Shown in pieces: positions 10,501-17,581 of a stretch of DNA of 64,000 nucleotides. Origin of the DNA: an uncultured Methanoregula sp. GTDB lineage: Archaea; Halobacteriota; Methanomicrobia; Methanomicrobiales; Methanospirillaceae. Numbering within the stretch: the stretch's first letter is position 1; each line of letters begins with the position of its first letter. The notes beneath the pieces were generated by a model. The model ran no database searches. It was given only the letters and a program-made list of their open reading frames with translations, and was not told the DNA's origin. The translations under genes were made by a program, and so were the position numbers. The stretch lies in the NCBI GenBank assembly GCA_964590895.1, contig CAZPYV010000001.1, positions 262,164-326,163 on the forward strand. The letters are read 5' to 3'.

Positions 10501-11778
10501 AAGCGTACCCCATCCTCCGGGGAACTTCTGGGAGTTGCCGCGTGTGTCAAGTTTTCCTTCTTTTGTAGCTTTAATGAGTCCATTGGTCTCGGCAAGGAGG
10601 CCGTTCATCACGTCAATACAGTTGTTCAGATTGTTCTTGATCTCGTTGAAGTCGCCATTGTAGTTGTCAGTGATCTTCGGGGGGATGTCACCTTTGGAGA
10701 TACGGTCCACATACTCAGCCGTAACATTGAGGGGTCCAATAACTGCATCGAGCGTCTTGTTGACTCCTTCAACGATATTCCTGAAATCACCCTGATGTTT
10801 GGTTACATCAGCACGGGTGTCGAGTTTCCCATCAACTGCTGCCTTTGCGAGTATTCTGGCATCTTCAGTCATCGCATTGATAGCATTTGTCATCGTGATA
10901 AGAGCAGGGCTGATCTCATCCTGATTGTCCTTGGCTTTGACAACGGTTGAGAGATCTCCAACGGCAATCTTCTTCATTACTGCGACCACATTGTTCTGAA
11001 GATCATCCGAGAAGGAATCCATCACCGAAGCCATCTCACCGATCTCGTCCTTCCGGCTCATCTTCATCCGGTTGCCGAGGTGTCCCATGCCCATCTCTTT
11101 TAAGTTCTTGCTGGCAAGGTCAAGAGGCGCAGTGATGCTCTTAGAGAGGAAGAGTGCGAGTGCGATCGCGATGATGACACCAACGATAGTTGCGATGATC
11201 ATCATCATGCTGCTGCTGTTGTAGAGCGCAGTGTTGGCGTCGGAGAGCTTCTTTGCCTCATCCGTATTGATCTTAACAAGATCTGTAATTGCGGCGACCG
11301 CACCAGTCCGTGCATTGATAAGCGGGGAACCTGGAGTTAAAGCGGCATCGACCGTTCTCATATCATTTTTGTCAGCGGCTGCAATAGCATCATCAAACAG
11401 CTTATCCCATTGAGCATAGTTTGCATCAAACGACGCTAAACTGGTCTTCTCACTAGGGGTCAGAGATGTGGCCCGATACGCGTCCAGCTCTTTCTTGATA
11501 TTGACCCGCAAATTCGCAATTGTTGTTTGAGTTGAAGACCGTGCGGAAGGGACATAGACATACCGGTAAAGTTCAGCCCGCATCTGCTGAAGATCTGCAT
11601 CCACAGATCCCAACTGTCCAAGCGGAATTGTACGATCCTGGTACAATTCAGTATCCGCTTTATCCAATGCTCCCATGTTCATGTAACCGATCGCCGCCAC
11701 AACGACGAGGATCAGCACAACGATCAGGAATCCCCCGATCAGTTTCTTCCCGATTTTCATGTCATCAATGAAACTCAT
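7501..11778 (-). CDS. giant transmembrane methyl-accepting chemotaxis protein (1425 aa) with a very long HAMP-like repeat stalk
   Basis: TM1 ([20 protein letters not shown]) is followed by a helical extracellular region of about 170 aa, then TM2 ([21 protein letters not shown]) and a HAMP domain. About 800 aa of repeats follow, containing six NNLNNCID motifs. The C-terminal signalling domain is present ([35 protein letters not shown]). Confidence 0.95.
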   Translation of the reverse strand: MSFIDDMKIGKKLIGGFLIVVLILVVVAAIGYMNMGALDKADTELYQDRTIPLGQLGSVDADLQQMRAELYRYVYVPSARSSTQTTIANLRVNIKKELDAYRATSLTPSEKTSLASFDANYAQWDKLFDDAIAAADKNDMRTVDAALTPGSPLINARTGAVAAITDLVKINTDEAKKLSDANTALYNSSSMMMIIATIVGVIIAIALALFLSKSITAPLDLASKNLKEMGMGHLGNRMKMSRKDEIGEMASVMDSFSDDLQNNVVAVMKKIAVGDLSTVVKAKDNQDEISPALITMTNAINAMTEDARILAKAAVDGKLDTRADVTKHQGDFRNIVEGVNKTLDAVIGPLNVTAEYVDRISKGDIPPKITDNYNGDFNEIKNNLNNCIDVMNGLLAETNGLIKATKEGKLDTRGNSQKFPGGWGTLVGGVNELVDAFVHPINVTAEYVDRISKGDIPPKITDTYNGDFNEIKNNLNNCIDVMNGLLAETNGLIKATKEGKLDTRGNSQKFPGGWGTLVGGVNELVDAFVHPINVTAEYVDRISKGDIPPKITDTYNGDFNEIKNNLNNCIDVMNGLLDETNGLIKATQDGKLQTRGNAQKFNGGWGKLVGGVNDLIEAFVHPIKVTSEYIDRISKGDVPKKITDTYNGDFNEIKNNLNNCIDGLQGLVECDRVLHCMAMNDHSQKVEGKYQGIFASTAESTNMVRERLLGVTKQINEISMGDTKELPDLIKVGKRSEQDHLLPAIINCLQTVENLLVDSKMLAKAAEEGKLDTRADASKHQGEYKVVIEGINKTLDSVIGPLNVAAEYVDRISKGEVPKKITDTYNGDFNEIKNNLNNCIDGMQGLVESDRVLHCMAMNDHSQKVEGKYQGIFASTAESTNMVRERLLGVTKQINEIAMGDTKELPDLIKVGKRSEQDHLLPAIINCLQTVENLLVDSKMLAKAAEEGKLDTRADASKHQGEYKVVIEGINKTLDSVIGPLNVAAEYVDRISKGDIPARITDNYNGDFNEIKNNLNNCIDAVNMLVADAAMLAKAADEGKLKTRADASKHTGDYKKIVDGVNQTLDSVIEPVNEALRVSKGYATQDFTTRVDNNLKVPGDWLAFKEALNNIGVAVSTAVTNISSQVTDLAAGAEEANASVEEVTAGAGQVAKNTSAVSTNVEKSMAGIEQVQKAMEDLSRTIQEVATRADVTAKLVQDTTTYSKEGMDLARKTENGMQGITKSSNDVNVIILEIKGQMDKISEIVNLITDLANQTNLLALNAAIEAARAGDAGRGFAVVATEVKSLAVESRASAEKISEMINNLQSKTNNAVDAVASANTGVREGSEALHDTLSSFTKIVESIDQVSKNVSDVAAAAEEQAASVEEVTASVNEVNGLMQSTAKESTDAAAASEESAAAIDQISKVIGNVNNIVDKVTKEVSKFKC
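8720..9793 (-). repeat. 2 x 537-bp in-frame tandem duplication (179-aa unit) within the giant MCP gene
   Basis: The anchor tc(a/g)atacagttgtt occurs at 8720, 9257 and 9794, a spacing of 537. Stretches such as 8821-9060 and 9358-9597 are nearly identical by eye. Shadow ORFs 8771..8995 / 9314..9532 and 9005..9199 / 9542..9736 give near-identical peptides. Confidence 0.9.
9794..10612 (-). repeat. 3 x 273-bp in-frame tandem repeat (91-aa unit); the last two units are essentially identical
   Basis: The anchor tcaatacagttgtt occurs at 9794, 10067, 10340 and 10613. Shadow ORFs 10118..10390 and 10391..10663 translate to identical 90-aa peptides. The 9794 unit is clearly diverged. Confidence 0.92.
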
Positions 11779-11839
11779 TTTTTAAAACCTCGTTTTTTCC
11801 TCATGCATTACTGGATTTCCCTCATTCTCCCGCTTGATA

Positions 11840-11960
11840 AGGCTGGGATGCAGGGCCACGATGTACCCTGCCCCGCACCCCGTGCTGTGTTGGGGCACAC
11901 CCAGGCGCATGCCGGGGGCGTGCCGTCGAAATACCCGGAACTCCGGGCGGAATGTGGGCG
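11840..11960 (-). other. GC-rich hairpin-dense patch in the putative 5' leader of the giant MCP gene
   Basis: The hairpins are GCAGGG-n10-CCCTGC, GCAC-ccc-GTGC and CCCGG-aact-CCGGG, embedded in otherwise AT-rich intergenic DNA. A TTTATATA box (minus-strand reading of 11984-11991) lies just upstream. Confidence 0.3.
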
Positions 11961-12111
11961 AAACAATCTTTTGTCAAGCATGCTATATAAATCTACTGTG
12001 CTATGATGATGATAAGCAATGATTAAAATAGATGAACAAATATGATAACTATTACCAATCGCCGCAAAGGGGAAATTGCGGAATCTATAAGGGTGGGAGC
12101 ATGACGAAAGC

Positions 12112-13779
12112 ATGGTAAAAGATAATGAAATCCTGCGCATCCGTGACGAGCTGGAGCGCAACCCGAAGGGGATGACCATTGAAGATGTCTCCCAGAAACT
12201 ATCGATGAACCGTGGCACTGCGGCAAAATACCTCAACCTGCTGGTGGTTTCGGGACAGGCAGAGATGCGCACGCTGGGCCCTGCAAAGCTCTTCTCCATT
12301 TCCCAGCGGGTACCGCTCTCCCAGATGCTCAGTGTCTGGACGGATTTGATCCTGATCCTTGATGCAGATCTCTTCATCCAGCAGGTAAACGACGCTCTTC
12401 TTTCCTATTTCCAGCTCGATCGCAATCAACTCATGGGCGTGCAGCTCACCCACTCGCCGCTAGCCCAGTATTTTACCGATGAACATCTCGACACACTAAA
12501 ATCCGCACTCGAAGGCGAAGAAAAAATCTTTGAAGAAGAGATCGAGATCCACGGAAAGGTCCATTCGTTCCGGATAAAAGTCCTCCCACTGGTCTTTGAC
12601 CAGGGAGGCAAGGGTATCGGCACGATCCTTATCGATATCACTGGAATCAAAGCCTACCAGAATGATCTTGAAAGTAAAGTTAAGGAGCGCACCGATCTTT
12701 TAAATGAAACAAATGTTGAACTGGAACGGCGAATCCGGGAGTATAAGAAGATCGAAAAAGCTCTGGTAGAATCTGAAGAAAAGTACCGGGCGCTGGTCGA
12801 TAATATCACTGAAGTGATCTTTACTATCAATGACCATGGCGTGATTACCTATATCTCTCCTGCGATTACTCCCATCTGTGGATTTTTACCGGATGAATTG
12901 CTCGGACGCCCAATAGCAGATTTTGTCCTTAGTGAGGATCTGGTCTCGTTTACCAAAGGTCTTGATAAGAGCAAGAGCGGAAATATCAGCCCGTTTGAAT
13001 TCCGTATCGTTGCAAAAGATGGCGGACTCCGCTGGGTACATGCATCAGGAAAACCGGTTGAACACGCGGGAGCTCCGGACGGATACCAGGGCATGATTAC
13101 CGACATCCATGAACAGAAGCGTGCCGAAGATACGCTGCGCAGGGCAAACAAACAGATTGTCCTCTTAAACAGCATCACGCGCCATGATATCTTAAACGGC
13201 ATCACAAAGCTCCTTGCCTATCTCGATATCGCAAAGCGCCAGACCAAAGATGCAAAACTCTTAGAACTGCTCGACAAGGAAAAAGAGATCACAAACACCA
13301 TCCAGCGCCAGATCACGTTCACCCGCGACTACCAGAACATCGGCATCCGTCCCCCGCAGTGGAAGGACCTTGGCACCAGCATAAGGGACGCAGCAACCGA
13401 AGTGAATCTTGGAAAAATTACCCTGTCAGTAACGGTTGACAAGACAAAAATATTTGCCGACGATCTCATTGAAAAAGTATTTTGCAACCTGATGGAAAAT
13501 TCAGTGCAGCATGGGGGAAAGGTTACTGCGATCACCTTCTCTTCCAAAAAGAAAGGCAAGGTGCTCGTAATTACCTGTGAAGATAATGGAACGGGTATCG
13601 CAAAAGAAGAAAAAGAACTTATCTTTGAGCACAGCCGGGGCGGCAGGATCAACTACGGGCTCTTCTTCTCACGAGAAGTGCTCTCCATCACCGGTCTCAC
13701 CATCAAAGAGACCGGTACAGCAGGCAGCGGTGCCCGGTTTGAAATTACGGTTCCAGAAGAGATGTTCCGGGGGGCATAA
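12112..13779 (+). CDS. wHTH-PAS-PAS sensor histidine kinase (555 aa)
   Basis: The N-terminal winged helix is MTIEDVSQKLSMNRGTAAKYLNLLVVSGQAEM. A coiled-coil linker and PAS segments follow. The H-box-like motif is ITRHDILNG, and the ATPase motifs are NLMENSVQHG, EDNGTGI and GLFFSREV. Confidence 0.85.
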   Translation: MVKDNEILRIRDELERNPKGMTIEDVSQKLSMNRGTAAKYLNLLVVSGQAEMRTLGPAKLFSISQRVPLSQMLSVWTDLILILDADLFIQQVNDALLSYFQLDRNQLMGVQLTHSPLAQYFTDEHLDTLKSALEGEEKIFEEEIEIHGKVHSFRIKVLPLVFDQGGKGIGTILIDITGIKAYQNDLESKVKERTDLLNETNVELERRIREYKKIEKALVESEEKYRALVDNITEVIFTINDHGVITYISPAITPICGFLPDELLGRPIADFVLSEDLVSFTKGLDKSKSGNISPFEFRIVAKDGGLRWVHASGKPVEHAGAPDGYQGMITDIHEQKRAEDTLRRANKQIVLLNSITRHDILNGITKLLAYLDIAKRQTKDAKLLELLDKEKEITNTIQRQITFTRDYQNIGIRPPQWKDLGTSIRDAATEVNLGKITLSVTVDKTKIFADDLIEKVFCNLMENSVQHGGKVTAITFSSKKKGKVLVITCEDNGTGIAKEEKELIFEHSRGGRINYGLFFSREVLSITGLTIKETGTAGSGARFEITVPEEMFRGA

Positions 13780-13845
13780 GCTGTGATTAACACTATGAGA
13801 AAAAAATGGCAGATACACAAAATAATCAGAGCGAGGAAAACTTAA

Positions 13846-14361
13846 ATGGCAGAAGCTGAAGCATCGTCTCAGGCAACCGGAAGATCCGGAATGGACGAAA
13901 TAATTGAAGTAGTAGAATTCGCGCTGGGCGGTAAACGGTATGCACTCGACATCCAGCTGGTCCGGGAAATTGTGGTGATGATGCCTATCACCCCCATCCC
14001 GCGTGCTCCGGAATTCGTATCGGGCGTGCTCAACCTTCGCGGTGAGATCACCTACATCATCAACCTAAACAAACTTCTGGATGTGGAAGACCCAGAGATT
14101 AGAAAGGACCAGAAAATTATCGTCTTTGTACCGGCAGCTGCCAAGAAAAATAATGTCGGGATCATTGTCGATAATGTGAGCAGTGTCTTTCAGGTGCCAG
14201 AAGAAGATATTGAAAAGATACAGGACAATGCCTCATCAAAGATCTCAGGTTTTGTAAAAGGGATTATCAAATTAAAGAGCGATGATCACGAGAAGAAGAG
14301 CAAAGGACTGCTCATCTGGATTGATATGGAAAAAATTTTTTCCGGTATGATACCCCAATAA
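13846..14361 (+). CDS. cheW: chemotaxis coupling protein CheW (paralogue 3)
   Basis: The CheW-like domain is recognisable (VVEFALGGKRYALDIQLVREIV...VLNLRGEITYIINLNKLL...GIIVDNV). Confidence 0.9.
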   Translation: MAEAEASSQATGRSGMDEIIEVVEFALGGKRYALDIQLVREIVVMMPITPIPRAPEFVSGVLNLRGEITYIINLNKLLDVEDPEIRKDQKIIVFVPAAAKKNNVGIIVDNVSSVFQVPEEDIEKIQDNASSKISGFVKGIIKLKSDDHEKKSKGLLIWIDMEKIFSGMIPQ

Positions 14362-14398
14362 ATCCCCAAAACTTTTAAAAACCGCGAAATCATTGGTG

Positions 14399-15235
14399 AT
14401 GCTTAATAATCATCCTGAGGCAGACATGGACGATTTTGATACCCTGAAACGATACATTGAACAGACGTTAAAGATCCAGTGTTCGAGTTACAAAGAGGAT
14501 TATATCAAGCGCCGTCTCTTATCAAGGATGCGCTCTACCAATTCTGCAGACTACGGGGCGTATCTCCGGTACCTCAAGATAACTACTCCTGAACTCGAAT
14601 TGTTAAGAAACGCGCTAACCGTTAATGTTACAGAATTTTTCCGCGACATTGAAGTCTATGATGCGATCAGAAAAGAAGTCCTGCCCGATCTTTTCAAACA
14701 GCGAAAACGTCTCAGGATCTGGAGCGCCGGTTGTTCAACCGGAGAAGAACCTTATTCGCTTGCCATGATCCTCCACGAAATGATGTCAATCAACAAGGAA
14801 ATATCCGCACAGATCCTTGCCACTGATATCGATCTGGTGGTGCTGGGTAAAGCCAAAGAGGGTATCTTCTCGCCAAAAGCCATGGTTAAACTCACCGAGA
14901 CCCAGACTCACCGGCATTTCAACAAGCTTCCTAATGGCGATTTCCAGGCCAAACAACATTTAAAAGATTTAATCAAGTTCACCCCAAACGATCTGATGTC
15001 TGGTATCCCTGTCTCACGGTATTTGGATCTCATCACCTGCCGTAATGTGACCATATATTTCAATGAAAAGCAAAAGGATGAACTCGCACGCACATTCCAT
15101 GGCGCACTTGTGGCTGATGGTTACTATATCATGGGTAAGACAGAATATCTCGGACGGGCAGTAGACGGGCTCTTTACTGCGAAAAATACTGCACAGAAAA
15201 TTTTTGTGAGAAAGGAACCTGCAAAGACGGTTTGA
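14399..15235 (+). CDS. cheR: chemotaxis protein methyltransferase CheR
   Basis: The CheR N-terminal helical domain is followed by the SAM-binding domain (TEFFRD, LRIWSAGCSTGEEPYSLAM, ILATDID, FDLITCRNVTIYF). I used the ATG at 14399 because the track start at 14393 is TTG. Confidence 0.9.
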   Translation: MLNNHPEADMDDFDTLKRYIEQTLKIQCSSYKEDYIKRRLLSRMRSTNSADYGAYLRYLKITTPELELLRNALTVNVTEFFRDIEVYDAIRKEVLPDLFKQRKRLRIWSAGCSTGEEPYSLAMILHEMMSINKEISAQILATDIDLVVLGKAKEGIFSPKAMVKLTETQTHRHFNKLPNGDFQAKQHLKDLIKFTPNDLMSGIPVSRYLDLITCRNVTIYFNEKQKDELARTFHGALVADGYYIMGKTEYLGRAVDGLFTAKNTAQKIFVRKEPAKTV

Positions 15236-15621
15236 GGGGTTAGTAGATTTTCCTTTTTTTATTCGTGAAATCTTTGATCAGATAAGGGCATACAGACGGG
15301 TGTAAAGCGTACATCCTGATATGGACAACCATCACGTGGAATTGATTTCTGTGATAACCTCATGCATCGGGCTCTCCCGAAATATTTTGTCTTCCTTTTT
15401 TTTAGGCGTGGGCTTGTAAGACAAGATTTTGTGAACAAGATTGCTGATTGTTTGACACAACCAGAAAATCCGGTAATAAACGTGTTCTTTGCATTAGTCA
15501 ATTATAATCGCGGCGTCTGGTGCTGGTCCGGCAGGTGTTTTTAAAAAGAGTAATTTCAGATGGGTAAAAAGGATTGGTGATTTAGTTGAGATTTCCTGTT
15601 CTTTGTGTTCTGTTTTTTTGT

Positions 15622-16065
15622 TCAGAAAATGATTGGTGAACTGTCCTTTTCTATTAAGAAAGTTTCCATAGTAACGAATCTGATTTCACCGGAGTGCACA
15701 CGAAATATGACAATCTCCGGATCATCCGGACCGCTATAACCAAGAGAGATTAATGACGGACGGTCATTAAACAATCGTGTTTTTAATTTTTTATCCTCAA
15801 CATACTCGCAAAATCCAGTCACCCGCATCATCCGGGCCGTAAGGGGCGGTACCGGTGGAGCAAAAAAGCAGATCTCCACTTTTGGGTTCTTTTTTATTTC
15901 TTTTGCCAGAAGTGTTGAAGCGCCGGTATGGAAATAGAAGGCATCATTCATGACACTCCAGAGTAACAATGTTCTGACATGTGGCTGAGAACCTGCTGCT
16001 GTTGCAAATGAACAAAGCGGGAAATTACCGGCAAATCGCCAACACTCATTTAAATCCATTTTCAA
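15622..16065 (-). CDS. pyridoxamine 5'-phosphate oxidase-like FMN-binding split-barrel family protein
   Basis: The size (147 aa) and sequence pattern (PHVRTLLLW...FYFHTGASTLLAKEIKKNPKVEICF...MRVTG) fit the family. The assignment is from memory of the family, not from a search. Confidence 0.5.
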   Translation of the reverse strand: MKMDLNECWRFAGNFPLCSFATAAGSQPHVRTLLLWSVMNDAFYFHTGASTLLAKEIKKNPKVEICFFAPPVPPLTARMMRVTGFCEYVEDKKLKTRLFNDRPSLISLGYSGPDDPEIVIFRVHSGEIRFVTMETFLIEKDSSPIIF

Positions 16066-16193
16066 TCGTCTTACTTAATTTTTTTGGATTCCTGAAATAG
16101 ATTTCTCAACTAAAAAATCCTCTACAAATAATTGTTAAGACCCACCACATTAAAAACATCCTTATTTCTCACATTTCACGTCAGAATATTTCT

Positions 16194-16250
16194 CTGCATT
16201 TCATATATGCCGTGCATTATCGTTTTGCAAATATTCAATATATCCCCCCA
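16194..16250 (+). promoter_or_regulatory. conserved upstream block of HEAT gene 1 (TATA-like TTCATATATG)
   Basis: ctgcatttcatatatgccgtgca...gcaaatattcaata recurs with few changes at 16927-16980, at the same distance (about 85-95 nt) from the start codon of the paralogue. Confidence 0.35.
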
Positions 16251-16294
16251 GACATTATGATTCATCCCAACAGGGTGGGACTGGAGAAGAAAAA

Positions 16295-16714
16295 ATGGAA
16301 AAAACATTCAATCAGTTAAAAGACAAGAACAGACCCGAGCGCTGGATGTCTGTTATTGCTCTTGGAAATTTTGGTACACCAGCGGTTGATTACCTTCACA
16401 AGGCATTGCATGATGACGACAAGTGGGTACGCTACATGGCTGCCGACGCACTGGGTAACATTGGGGATGTGCGTTCCATTGATCCACTTGTAAAACTCTT
16501 AAATGACAATGATCAGGATGTGCGGTTTGCAACAGTTTATGCACTAGGAACCATTGGACATCCTTCTGCTGTACCAGCACTCCAACAGACATGTGAGAAG
16601 GATAATTGCTTTGTTAGGATTGCCGCTGAAGAAGCACTCTTGAAACTCGGAGAACCCGATAAAAAATCTGGTGCGGGAAAAGCAGGATCATCCCCGTCAG
16701 CGCACAAACGGTAA
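16295..16714 (+). CDS. HEAT-repeat (PBS-lyase-like) protein
   Basis: The HEAT-like units repeat (DDKWVRYMAADALGNIGD..SIDPLVKLLND.DQDVRFATVYALGTIG). Confidence 0.8.
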   Translation: MEKTFNQLKDKNRPERWMSVIALGNFGTPAVDYLHKALHDDDKWVRYMAADALGNIGDVRSIDPLVKLLNDNDQDVRFATVYALGTIGHPSAVPALQQTCEKDNCFVRIAAEEALLKLGEPDKKSGAGKAGSSPSAHKR

Positions 16715-16926
16715 CAATAATCAAACTGTAAACTTTTTAAAAAAATTTTGCATTTTTTTCGTATCTTCGGGAATAATTTTTCCCGGAATGTACAATTCCA
16801 GGATAATCCCCGGCAGGCTAAATCTATCCAGACAAAGACAGATTGTTCCCCTTCTTTTAAACATCCAAAAACGATCCACCATATCAAGAGGTTACTCTTT
16901 TTCGGCTCTTACGACGGAATCATTCA

Positions 16927-16980
16927 CTGCATTTCATATATGCCATGCAATAACTACTGGCAAATGTTGATAATATTACT
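16927..16980 (+). promoter_or_regulatory. conserved upstream block of HEAT gene 2
   Basis: ctgcatttcatatatgccatgca...gcaaatgttgataat is the paralogous copy of 16194-16250. Confidence 0.35.
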
Positions 16981-17022
16981 TATGTGACTACTCATCATCC
17001 CCAAGCGGGGAGGAGTCGTTCT

Positions 17023-17409
17023 ATGCAGAATATAGTCGCAGCACTTGCAAAAAAGGATAATCTTGAACGGTGGAAAAACGTTGTAGATCTGGAAAAGTTT
17101 GGGCAACCGGCAACAGAATTTCTCGTACAGGCACTCGCAGATGATGATCGCTGGGTCAGGTACCTTGCTGCTGATGCACTGGCAAATATCGGAGCTACCA
17201 ATTCCGTGGACTCCATTGTATCACTCTTAAGAGATCCGGATCAGGACGTGCGCTTTGCTGCAGCAGCAGCACTGGGAAAACTTGGCGATCCAAAGGCGAT
17301 AAAGAGTCTGCAGGAAGTTGTCAAACGAGATAACGGTTATGTGAAGATTGCTGCAGAAGAATCATTAGAAAAATTATCCCCACAAGGTGCGGGATCTTCT
17401 TCACACTGA
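17023..17409 (+). CDS. HEAT-repeat (PBS-lyase-like) protein, tandem paralogue
   Basis: The repeat pattern matches the 16295 gene (DDRWVRYLAADALANIG..SVDSIVSLLRDPDQDVRFAAAAALGKLGD). I used the ATG at 17023, which is preceded by GGGGAGGAG. The track start at 16984 is GTG. Confidence 0.8.
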   Translation: MQNIVAALAKKDNLERWKNVVDLEKFGQPATEFLVQALADDDRWVRYLAADALANIGATNSVDSIVSLLRDPDQDVRFAAAAALGKLGDPKAIKSLQEVVKRDNGYVKIAAEESLEKLSPQGAGSSSH

Positions 17410-17581
17410 CAAATGAAATCGCCTCATATCTCATATCATCCCGTTTTCATTTTTGGTCTGATTCACACAGATCTGGCTTTACTCCTGCAAAGGGGCTCCA
17501 TTTATGTCCTGGGATTGCCCGGAAATTGTATGCTAAATCCCTTGTTAAGGCCCCAAAAAACAAGTGACCCCATAAGGCTTT

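Noticed and set aside
8720-10612. Regularly spaced direct repeats that could superficially suggest a CRISPR array
   Set aside because: The units are 273 and 537 bp and contiguous, with no unique spacers. They are in frame within a chemoreceptor gene, and there are no cas genes in the window.
9916-10950. 344-aa plus-strand ORF, with similar long plus-strand ORFs at 7637..8335, 2119..2717, 10118..10663 and 8771..9736, all lying antisense to the MCP genes
   Set aside because: These are shadow ORFs. Their translations are low-complexity and repeat only because the sense-strand MCP repeats do. The minus-strand frame encodes unmistakable MCP domains end to end.
11808-12377. 189-aa minus-strand ORF spanning the MCP/kinase intergenic region
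   Set aside because: It overlaps the well-supported plus-strand wHTH-PAS kinase start and the GC-rich patch. The peptide looks unnatural, and no RBS or homology was recognised.
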